Of a DNA stretch of 53,684 bases, positions 44,195 to 52,261 are shown one piece after another (the stretch's first letter is position 1; each line of letters starts with the position of its first letter). The stretch is taken from contig CAZFBE010000003.1 in the NCBI GenBank assembly GCA_964517115.1, positions 1 through 53,684 of the forward strand, in the 5' to 3' direction. The notes below the pieces were generated by a model, which did not search any database, had not been told where the DNA came from, and saw only the letters and a list, made by a program, of their open reading frames with translations. The DNA is from an uncultured bacterium (lineage in GTDB: Bacteria > UBP7 > UBA6624). The position numbers and the translations under genes are program-made.

Positions 44195-44983
44195 TTATTC
44201 TTTTGGAGAAATGAAAGCTAGGGGTATTAATTCTTTTTTTGAGTTCCATGCACCTATTTCTTTTCCATTATGTTTAAAATAAAATTCTTCTATCTCTGGG
44301 TAAGAGTCATCTCGTAAAATAAAATTTAATGTTGATATTTTCCCACCATTTTTTTCAATATTTTTATTCGGAAATAAAATGATTGTTATTTTCCCAAGTG
44401 AGGAATTGTCTGTAATGGCGTACCAGTTATTATGATTGTTTTTTTCAATCCCATTGAAAACAATGTTTTCCAAAATCATTTTTTCAGAAGGGTAGTTGAT
44501 TTGGATGCTTGCAAGTCCAAATGAATCTAAATTTATTGTTTTCAAAAAAACTTTATATTTTTCTCCAGATTTTTCTTTTTCTGGTTTTTGGTGTTCAAGA
44601 AAGAGTTTTTTGTTCGTTAGGTCTATTTCAGAGGTTTCTTCTTTGTAGCCATCTGAATCTTTTACTGTAACTTTTATATTAACTTTTTCTGAATCTTTGT
44701 TTGCCTTCCATTTTATAAGGGGTGTATTTTTTCCTTCTAGTATTTCTGCCCCTGTAACCTCCCATGAAAAAATCAATCTATCAAAGTCAGGATCAGAAGC
44801 TATTGCTCTTGTTATAGCTTCTCCTTCAAAAGAAACAAAACGAGGAGTTGTTTCCATTTTCTCAACAACTGGAGGTCTGTTTTGTGTATTTGCTGCACTT
44901 GAAGGTATTCTTGCGCTTGTTGGTTGAGATCCGGAACAGGAGTTTATTGTTGATAGTAAAATGAAAATTAAAATTCTTTTCAA
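44195..44983 (-). CDS. Lipoprotein with a PKD/Ig-like domain and a possible cohesin-like domain (TTG start)
   Basis: Lipobox-like MKRILIFILLSTINS-C; NRPP...DPDFDRLIFSWEV...VTVKDSDG (PKD-like); beta-rich C-terminus. Confidence 0.65.
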   Translation of the reverse strand: MKRILIFILLSTINSCSGSQPTSARIPSSAANTQNRPPVVEKMETTPRFVSFEGEAITRAIASDPDFDRLIFSWEVTGAEILEGKNTPLIKWKANKDSEKVNIKVTVKDSDGYKEETSEIDLTNKKLFLEHQKPEKEKSGEKYKVFLKTINLDSFGLASIQINYPSEKMILENIVFNGIEKNNHNNWYAITDNSSLGKITIILFPNKNIEKNGGKISTLNFILRDDSYPEIEEFYFKHNGKEIGAWNSKKELIPLAFISPKE

Positions 44984-46071
44984 GCGGTTTTCTCCTGTTT
45001 TTTAGAATCGTCTTCTTGGCTTTTTCCTTTTTTGACTAAATAATAAATAGCAAAAATAAAACCTAAAAGAACCCATGAAAAACTTAAGTTTTTATTTTTT
45101 GAACCAAGTTCATTTGGCCCAATTACTTCAAAAGTCACAGGGACAGAGTTAAGGTGGATTTTGTTTGTTATATCCAGTGTTTTCAAATCTGCCCCAAATA
45201 TAAATGGAGCTTTTACTGTTGCCCAGACTTTATTGTTAACAACTCTTAGATTTGTTGGAGCCATGTCGAATTTTATTTTTCCAACAATTTCCCCACTTTC
45301 AGTTTCTGCAATATGAACGAATCTTGTTCTCATGTCTGCTGCTAAAACTAACTTGCTGTCATCTGAGAAAGTGACTGCCCTTGGAGCATCTCCAACTGGT
45401 ATAGAGAAGATAAGCTCATCTGCATTTTTGTCATATATTTGAACAGTATCGGTTTGAGTGAGTGCAAGAGCGATGTATTCCCCATTGGGGCTTACTGCCA
45501 TTGCTGCAGGTGAGTTTGAAAGAACCTTTTCTTTTTTTATAGTCTTTTCTTTTGTGTCAATCAGAAAAAGCATTGCTGTATTTGCCCTTGTCGCATAAAG
45601 GACATTCCCATTTGGATGTATTTCGATATTGTTGATTGTGTTCCCAACAGGTATCGAATCTATAAGAGTTCCTGAATCTACAGAAAATATACTTACATCA
45701 TTTGCTTGAAGTGTTTCTGGATTTGCTACAGTTGCATATATTATTTCACCTGAAGGAGGGCTGGTTAAGTGAAGAGGGAATCCCTTTGTTGGAATTTCAC
45801 TCTCAAGGGTGCCTATGTTTAAATCAACAACAGATATTACCCCTCCATGTTGATTTGCTATGAATCCTAAGCCTTTTTTAGGAAGCAATGTCAAGTCATT
45901 CAATCCTTCACCTGCCATAAACCTATTGCTAACCTTTTCATCTAAGGTGTCAACTATTACAACTTCATCAGGCCTTTCGTTAACCAGGTATAAAAGAGTG
46001 CTTTCATTGTTTACCTTCCCACAAGAACAAAGGAGCAGTGAGGTAAGGAAAATTGTTAATATTTTTTTCAT
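44980..46071 (-). CDS. YVTN/YncE-type beta-propeller lipoprotein with a C-terminal TM anchor
   Basis: Lipobox LLLCS-C; repeats such as IPVGDAPRAVTFSDD and AVSPNGEY; C-terminal SWVLLGFIFAIYYLVKK. Confidence 0.8.
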   Translation of the reverse strand: MKKILTIFLTSLLLCSCGKVNNESTLLYLVNERPDEVVIVDTLDEKVSNRFMAGEGLNDLTLLPKKGLGFIANQHGGVISVVDLNIGTLESEIPTKGFPLHLTSPPSGEIIYATVANPETLQANDVSIFSVDSGTLIDSIPVGNTINNIEIHPNGNVLYATRANTAMLFLIDTKEKTIKKEKVLSNSPAAMAVSPNGEYIALALTQTDTVQIYDKNADELIFSIPVGDAPRAVTFSDDSKLVLAADMRTRFVHIAETESGEIVGKIKFDMAPTNLRVVNNKVWATVKAPFIFGADLKTLDITNKIHLNSVPVTFEVIGPNELGSKNKNLSFSWVLLGFIFAIYYLVKKGKSQEDDSKKQEKTA

Positions 46072-46072
46072 T

Positions 46073-46966
46073 TTATTTGGAACCCTCCCTAATTTTAAAA
46101 TAATTCAAACCAGTCCATGGGCTAGTTGGGTTTTTTTCTGTTATTTTTAGCACTAAAACTCCTATTGCGATTATTAATATCGAAACTATTTGCGTTAAGG
46201 TCAATATTGAAAATCCAATTTCAGGATTTTCAAAGAGTTTCCAGTAGATCGGATTGTTTCTGAAAGGTTCTTCTATAACTGACCTTAATAATGAATACCA
46301 TATCAGCCATTGCCCTGTTAGCCATCCTTCATGTTTTGGCTGCCTTGTACCAATCCAAAGTATTAAAAAAAGAATCAATCCAACCATCATTCCATAAACT
46401 TGGGAAAGGTGCACTGGGCCTCTTATAAGTTCCATTGAACAATTTGAAATTGTTTCTCCTGGATTTGGACAAAAGCTAGAAAAGCCATATGCTCTTTCTG
46501 GCCATGTGTAACCAATAGGTAAATTTGTCAATCTTCCTGCTGCATCATCGCCATTCATAAAATTTCCGATTCTTCCAAAAATTATTCCAATTGCTGAAGG
46601 GTAGGTGAGAAGGTCAAGAACCCTTGTTAACTTTATGTTTCTTTTTTTGGTCCAAAACCACCAGTATAAAATTCCAAAACCTATTGCTCCATGAAAAGAA
46701 AGCCCACCTTTCCATATTTGTAGACTGTCTAGGAGGTTGTCATATTTTGATAAATTAGTCAAAACATAGACAAGCCTTGCTCCAATTATCCCCCATACAA
46801 CAGCCCAAAAAAGGCCATCTTCAAATTCTTTTTTATCAAGGCCAGCCTTTTTGTTATTTTCTATCCATCTAGCTGACCACCACCATGAAATAAAAACTGT
46901 TGAAGCCATACAGATTCCATACCATCTAATTGAGAAATCTCCTATTGAAAAAAATTCTGGATTCAT
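46073..46966 (-). CDS. lgt: Prolipoprotein diacylglyceryl transferase
   Basis: IRWYG, IIGARLVYV, IWKGGLSFHGA and GRIGNFMNG. Confidence 0.95.
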   Translation of the reverse strand: MNPEFFSIGDFSIRWYGICMASTVFISWWWSARWIENNKKAGLDKKEFEDGLFWAVVWGIIGARLVYVLTNLSKYDNLLDSLQIWKGGLSFHGAIGFGILYWWFWTKKRNIKLTRVLDLLTYPSAIGIIFGRIGNFMNGDDAAGRLTNLPIGYTWPERAYGFSSFCPNPGETISNCSMELIRGPVHLSQVYGMMVGLILFLILWIGTRQPKHEGWLTGQWLIWYSLLRSVIEEPFRNNPIYWKLFENPEIGFSILTLTQIVSILIIAIGVLVLKITEKNPTSPWTGLNYFKIREGSK

Positions 46967-47038
46967 TTAAATGAAATTTTTTTGATTTCCGGGATTCATG
47001 ATTTGTCCAATTGTTTCAATTTTTATTTTTTTTCTCAC
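46967..47038 (-). CDS. Candidate 23-aa basic micro-ORF (MRKKIKIETIGQIMNPGNQKNFI) bridging ftsK and lgt
   Basis: Hand-translated. Its GTG overlaps the ftsK stop (GTGA) and its TAA (46969-46967) directly abuts the lgt ATG. No homology evidence. Confidence 0.42.
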   Translation of the reverse strand: MRKKIKIETIGQIMNPGNQKNFI

Positions 47039-49038
47039 AAGTCAACCATCCATCCTTTTTTTCCTGCTGATGTATTTGGATCTTGATGCACCCAGTTCAA
47101 TTGTTCCATTATCATCATCATCCTAGAGGCTTTATTGTATCCAATTCCAAAAATTCTTTGAAGCTGACTAACGCTAATTGCATCTTCATCTTTTATCCTT
47201 TGTCTTATGTCAGCTATCAATTTACGATCAGTGCTTGACATGCCTTCTAAAATATCATCACTTATTTCATCTATTGGAGTGATTACTTCCTCTTCAACAG
47301 ATTCATCATATTTTGCTTCTCCATAATTTTTTATAAGATAACTTAATACATTTTCTATTTCTTCTGTTTCTACTAAAGGCGCTTGACACCTTATTAACTC
47401 AGGATGTGTTGGACTGTCAAAATACAAATCTCCTCTTCCAAGTAGGTTTTCAGCTCCTCCTCTTCCAAAAACGGTAATTGAGTCTGATCTTGTTCCAAGC
47501 CTAAAACTAACTTTTCCAGGGAGGTTTGCTTTCACTGACCCATCAAGTTTTTTAGAATCAGGTCTTTGCATTGTTGCAATTAGATGAACTCCTGCAGCTC
47601 TTGCTCTTTCTGACAGGTCCGATAATGATTCAATAACTCTATTTTTAGATGTAATCAAAAGAGCAGATAATTCTTCTAGAACTATAACTATATAAGGAAG
47701 TTTTTTCTTTGATTTTTTATTGTATTCTTCAAGATTTTTTGTTTTTGATTCTTCTAGTAGTTCATATCTTCTATCTACTTCTTTTCTAGCCCAATCTAAT
47801 GCATTTAATGCTGGGTCAGGTGTTGAAACTATAGGAACTAAAAGGTGTGGGATGTCTTTATAAAGTGTCAATTCAACTTTTTTCATATCAGCAAGTATCA
47901 ATTTCAAATCTTCAGGACTTTTCCTGTATATTAGGTTTAATAAAAGCGTATTTATAAAAACAGATTTTCCTGATTGTGTTGCTCCTGCAACTAACATATG
48001 TGGCAATGCTGAAAGGTCAACATTTAAAAGTTTTCCATCAACTTGTGCTCCCATTACAAAATTTAAACCATCTGATTTTTTCTGATTCTCTATAACTTCA
48101 CTTAACCTAAGTATCGATTTGTTTTTTTGAGGTATTTCAACAGCTATTGTGCTTTTGCCAATGACAGGAGCTTCAATTCTCACCTTCCCTATGCTTGCTA
48201 TTGCTACTGCAATGTTTTCCGCAGAACTTCTTATTTTTGGAAGATTTGCTGATGCAGGAACCCTGAATTCAAATCTAATCACGGACCTTCCTTGAGCACA
48301 GCTTTCAAAAAATGCATCTGCTCCTGCGCAATCTTTAAGAGTTTTTATTATCGTTTCTGCCATATGGTTTATTTCTTTTTTGCCCATTTCAATTACGGCT
48401 TCTGGTTTTTTTAAAAGCGTCATTGGGATGTTGTAATTTTTGTCATTTTTAAGTTGTTTTCTTGGCTTTTTAACCTCTTTCTTTTTAAAGGTTTTTATTA
48501 TTTTTTTAACAGTTTTTTTTCTAGCATCTTTTTTTATCAGGTCATTTGTAGTTACATTGGATTCTTTTAGAGATTTGAAATCCTGTTCAAAATCTCCTGA
48601 ATCGAAATCCTGTTCAAAATCTCCTTTTTTCGAAATGTCTTTAAACATATTCTTTATATGTTCATCTAAACAAAAATAAATAATACCTATTGATATAAAA
48701 GCAAAAATATCCAAAACGAGAATTCCTTCGTTACCAATTATTCCTTCAAAGAAAGAATAGATGTTTTTACTCCATGTTCCACCCATTTCATATTTTTCTG
48801 CAAAAAGAAAAACCCAGGGGATAAAAAGCAACCTTGCTTTTTTGTTTTTTTGAAAAGCTGATGAAATGGGATGGTATAAAAGTAAAGGGTATATCCAAGA
48901 ATTTTCACCCCATAAGTTTTCAAAAAACACTCTATAGCTTTCTGCAAGCGGGTCAAAAATTTGTGTAGTTGTTGCAAACATATGGAATAGTATTGAGAAA
49001 ATTAAAACAACTTCAAAATTCAATTTTATATTTTTCAT
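47035..49038 (-). CDS. ftsK: FtsK/SpoIIIE DNA translocase with variant motor motifs
   Basis: N-terminal TMs, alpha domain VRIEAPV.GK..IAVEIP, HMLVAGATQSGKS, RAAGVHLI..QRP and gamma domain SVSQLQR..IGYNKA. Confidence 0.92.
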   Translation of the reverse strand: MKNIKLNFEVVLIFSILFHMFATTTQIFDPLAESYRVFFENLWGENSWIYPLLLYHPISSAFQKNKKARLLFIPWVFLFAEKYEMGGTWSKNIYSFFEGIIGNEGILVLDIFAFISIGIIYFCLDEHIKNMFKDISKKGDFEQDFDSGDFEQDFKSLKESNVTTNDLIKKDARKKTVKKIIKTFKKKEVKKPRKQLKNDKNYNIPMTLLKKPEAVIEMGKKEINHMAETIIKTLKDCAGADAFFESCAQGRSVIRFEFRVPASANLPKIRSSAENIAVAIASIGKVRIEAPVIGKSTIAVEIPQKNKSILRLSEVIENQKKSDGLNFVMGAQVDGKLLNVDLSALPHMLVAGATQSGKSVFINTLLLNLIYRKSPEDLKLILADMKKVELTLYKDIPHLLVPIVSTPDPALNALDWARKEVDRRYELLEESKTKNLEEYNKKSKKKLPYIVIVLEELSALLITSKNRVIESLSDLSERARAAGVHLIATMQRPDSKKLDGSVKANLPGKVSFRLGTRSDSITVFGRGGAENLLGRGDLYFDSPTHPELIRCQAPLVETEEIENVLSYLIKNYGEAKYDESVEEEVITPIDEISDDILEGMSSTDRKLIADIRQRIKDEDAISVSQLQRIFGIGYNKASRMMMIMEQLNWVHQDPNTSAGKKGWMVDL
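48577..48625 (-). repeat. 22-bp direct repeat (period 27) in the FtsK linker, encoding GDFEQDF twice
   Basis: GAAATCCTGTTCAAAATCTCCT at 48577-48598 and 48604-48625. Confidence 0.92.
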
Positions 49039-49820
49039 GGTTTAATTATTATGACTGAAATGAACCCCAGAACAAGACAGTAGATTGCAAATGGCTCTAG
49101 TTTGTTGTTTTTTACATAATTTAACATAAATTTCATTGCCCATATTCCAGAAACAAAGGATATTAAAAAACCGAGTAGGGAAGGTCCTGGATTTGTTGAT
49201 ATGTATGAATTTATATTTTCTAGTTTTAGCAAGCTGGCACCTATTATTACTGGAATTGAAAGCAAGAATGAAAATTTAACTGATTCATATCTGTTCATCC
49301 CGATGAGCAAACCTCCAGCTATCGTTGCTCCAGATCGGCTGACCCCAGGTATTATTGCAATTGCTTGAAGAAGTCCAATTGCAATCCAGTCTAAAAAAGT
49401 GGTGTGTCTTAGGTTTTTGAAAGATTTTGATTTCCTTAATTCTGCATACACAAGAATAAATGCTGTAAAAACCAGACCTATTGCTACACTTCCCGCATCT
49501 TTAAAGCTTGATTCAAAGAGGCTTTCGAAAGAGAGGTAAAAAAGAACCGTGGCCAAACTTGTTATAAAAAGTGCATGAAACTCAATATTTTTAAATGGAT
49601 GTTTTGAAAGTATCATTTGCCCAAGTTTTTTCCCATTAACTACTAAAAGGCTGGATAGGGTTCCAAGATGTAGTATTGTTAAAATTGCTGTATTGCTTTC
49701 TGGATTAATTCCAAAAAAATCTCTTATCAAGACAAGATGTCCAGTTGATGAAATTGGGAGAAATTCAGTGACCCCTTGTATTAGCCCTAAAATCAAATGC
49801 TCAATCCAGGTATTATTCAA
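49035..49820 (-). CDS. uppP: Undecaprenyl-diphosphate phosphatase
   Basis: QGVTEFLPISSTGHL, HLGT, PGVSRSGATI and FSFLLSIP. Confidence 0.96.
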   Translation of the reverse strand: MNNTWIEHLILGLIQGVTEFLPISSTGHLVLIRDFFGINPESNTAILTILHLGTLSSLLVVNGKKLGQMILSKHPFKNIEFHALFITSLATVLFYLSFESLFESSFKDAGSVAIGLVFTAFILVYAELRKSKSFKNLRHTTFLDWIAIGLLQAIAIIPGVSRSGATIAGGLLIGMNRYESVKFSFLLSIPVIIGASLLKLENINSYISTNPGPSLLGFLISFVSGIWAMKFMLNYVKNNKLEPFAIYCLVLGFISVIIIKP

Positions 49821-50400
49821 AAAGGATCCTTCCTAATCTAAGAATGTTTGTGCCTTCAGATACAGCAACTTTCCAGTCTTGTGTTGTCCCCATTGAAATA
49901 AATGGATTTTTAAAATTTTTTTCTGCTAGTTTTTTCACTTCCCTAAACCATAGTCTATTTTCTTCTGGTTCTTGTGTGTATGGTGGCATTGTCATCAATC
50001 CTCCAAGGGGAACTTCTGGAGCATCTTTTTTTGCTTTGTTTAGAAAATGCTTTAGTTCATTTGTGTCTATCCCTGATTTTGACTCGTCGCCCAAATTGAC
50101 TTGAATTAAGCATATCGGATAAGGGGGTCCTAACTTGTGTATAGCAAGAATTTCTTTTATTCTTGATACTGAATGGATAAATTTAAAATTTTTAGATATC
50201 TTGTTCAATTTATTCATTTGTAGCCTGCCTATAAAATGCCAAATTATTTCTTTATCTTTCAATATTTTTTTTCTTTTGAGGTGTTCTTGAAGTCTATTCT
50301 CTCCAAAGTCTTTGATTCCTGAAGAGCGTATTTTTTTGAGGTCATCTTCGAACCTATTCTTTACAGCGGCAACAACTTTTATATTTTTAGGAATTTCCAT
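49813..50400 (-). CDS. yggS: PLP homeostasis protein (YggS/YlmE), N-terminally short
   Basis: FGENRLQE, WHFIGRLQMNK, LIQVN, GLMTMPP, SMG and LRLGR. Confidence 0.92.
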   Translation of the reverse strand: MEIPKNIKVVAAVKNRFEDDLKKIRSSGIKDFGENRLQEHLKRKKILKDKEIIWHFIGRLQMNKLNKISKNFKFIHSVSRIKEILAIHKLGPPYPICLIQVNLGDESKSGIDTNELKHFLNKAKKDAPEVPLGGLMTMPPYTQEPEENRLWFREVKKLAEKNFKNPFISMGTTQDWKVAVSEGTNILRLGRILFE

Positions 50401-51399
50401 TTATAAAACCTTTTGTTTGCTGCTCAGCATTAAATAAACTTCAAGCATTTTTTGGTTCATCGTGTTTATTGAAATGTTTACCTTTCCTTGTCTTCCATCC
50501 ATTGAAGGTGACAGTCTTGAAGAAATATTTTCTATTATCTCCTGATGCTCATAAGCAGTGATTGGAGGTCCGTTGATCCAACATAATGCTCTATGGGGTG
50601 GGTTGTTTATAGGTAAAGGCCTTAAGAATGTATCTTGAAAGGAATCTTCTAGAGCTGTATTTATTTTGATTTCTTCTGTTGATTTTCCCTGACCAAAGTG
50701 TATCTGTCCAGCATTTCTAAAAAATTCAAGAATGTTTGCTTTGTCCAGATTTATAGTGTTGTAATTATTTTTAATAATTAAATTTATTATTTCAAGCAAT
50801 GAAGAATCTGCTTTATGCAATGCATCTTCGAAGGTTCCTGTGAAATTTGAACAAAGTTTATCATTTGAAATTATTAGATATGAATCTAGGTTTTCTTTTG
50901 AATTTAATAATGAATCTTCAATTATTTCTATCGATTCTGGGTTTTCGCTAATCATGGGTTGTACAAAAAAACCTATTTTTATTGTTTTTCTACCCAGTTG
51001 ATCCACACAGTTGTTTAGTTGTTTTAATGTCCATGGGAGCAATGCTGAACCACTTCCATAACCCAGACAAGATATAAAAATAATAACATCCGTTGTCTCA
51101 CTATTTTCAATTTTTTTATTTTCCATTTCATCTTCAAGCAAGTATTCTTTTAGGCCATAGTAATCACAATCAGTTCCTTTGCCACCATATCTTTGCGTAG
51201 CTATTTCGTATTTATTAATCTCTTCTGAAAGGTTTTTTAAACTGGATACAGAAGTGTCTATTGCATCTTTAAACATGTTTTTTGAGAGCCTGCTATTGAT
51301 TCTCTTGAGTATTTTGCATCCTGCTCCACCTAGGGCAATTACCCTTACTTTCATATCAAAGTTATCTAATTTTTGATTTCCAAAAAGGTTTTCACTCAT
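50401..51399 (-). CDS. ftsZ: Highly divergent FtsZ/tubulin-family protein in the ftsZ position
   Basis: Colinear with FtsZ: VIALGGAG, IDT, GGKGT, LGYGSGSA..P, DSYLIISNDKL and INLDKAN; located between murB and yggS. Confidence 0.8.
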   Translation of the reverse strand: MSENLFGNQKLDNFDMKVRVIALGGAGCKILKRINSRLSKNMFKDAIDTSVSSLKNLSEEINKYEIATQRYGGKGTDCDYYGLKEYLLEDEMENKKIENSETTDVIIFISCLGYGSGSALLPWTLKQLNNCVDQLGRKTIKIGFFVQPMISENPESIEIIEDSLLNSKENLDSYLIISNDKLCSNFTGTFEDALHKADSSLLEIINLIIKNNYNTINLDKANILEFFRNAGQIHFGQGKSTEEIKINTALEDSFQDTFLRPLPINNPPHRALCWINGPPITAYEHQEIIENISSRLSPSMDGRQGKVNISINTMNQKMLEVYLMLSSKQKVL

Positions 51400-52261
51400 A
51401 TTTAAACTTTCCTATTTTTTCTACTTCGGCAGTTAAGGATATTCCCGTTTTTTCAAACACATTAGTTTTAATTACTTGAATCATTTCAAACACTTCTTTT
51501 GCCTTTGCACCACCTTCGTTTATTATGAAATTCCCATGTTTTTTTGAAATTTTTAAGTTTTTCATCTTAAACCCTTTCAAGCCACATGAATCTATTATTT
51601 TTCCAGCAGAATCATTTGGAGGATTTTTAAAAATACATCCAACAGAACTGCCTTTTGGTTGTGTTGAGAGCCTGTATTTCATATATTTCTCATTTCCCTC
51701 TTTTATTTCCTGTTTTGTTCTTTTTTTCAATTTCAATTTTGCAGAAAGAATAACAAATTTTTCTTTCAACGAACAGTATCTATACCCATAATCAAATTCA
51801 TTTCTTTTTAGGGTTTTTAATTGATATGTTTTTTTGTCTATAACGTCAACGGATTCAAGAATGTCTAAGATATTCATTTCACTAGGACCGCAATTTGTTG
51901 CGATCCAGCCACCTATTGTTCCTGGAAGTCCTGAAAAAGGCTCTAAGCCAGAAAGTGATTTTTTTTCCGCGTATTTAATTGCAGATGACCCAAAAGCTCC
52001 AGCTCCACAGATTAAAAATTTTTCTTGATTTTTTATTTTTGAAAAATTTCCATTTAATTTAATTATTCCATCTACTCCATCATCTGAAATTAGGATGTTG
52101 CTCCCTCCGCCCAATAGGTACCAGTTTTTTTCATTTTGAAGAATTTTGATTGCTTCTTTTAGATCTTTTACAGATGAGGCAATCAATAGTTTTTTTATAT
52201 TTCCTCCAATCCTGAAGGTACTTAACTTGCCCCCGTTGAAATTTTCATACTTCTTCAACAT
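51392..52261 (-). CDS. murB: UDP-N-acetylenolpyruvoylglucosamine reductase (Cys-type active site)
   Basis: TFRIGG, GGGSNIL, PGTIGG, FDYGYR, QP..SVGCIFKNP and KHGNFIIN. Confidence 0.95.
   Translation of the reverse strand: MLKKYENFNGGKLSTFRIGGNIKKLLIASSVKDLKEAIKILQNEKNWYLLGGGSNILISDDGVDGIIKLNGNFSKIKNQEKFLICGAGAFGSSAIKYAEKKSLSGLEPFSGLPGTIGGWIATNCGPSEMNILDILESVDVIDKKTYQLKTLKRNEFDYGYRYCSLKEKFVILSAKLKLKKRTKQEIKEGNEKYMKYRLSTQPKGSSVGCIFKNPPNDSAGKIIDSCGLKGFKMKNLKISKKHGNFIINEGGAKAKEVFEMIQVIKTNVFEKTGISLTAEVEKIGKFKYE

Noticed and set aside
1361-47034. tRNA, ncRNA or intrinsic terminators in intergenic gaps
   Set aside because: All gaps are 88 nt or shorter and AT-rich, with no cloverleaf or GC stem plus U-tract.
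7916-47038. Homology between the two micro-ORFs (IRIKNSIKDPKN versus IKIETIGQIMNPGN)
   Set aside because: The resemblance is weak, needs gaps and can be explained by A-rich composition; no DNA-level similarity is evident.
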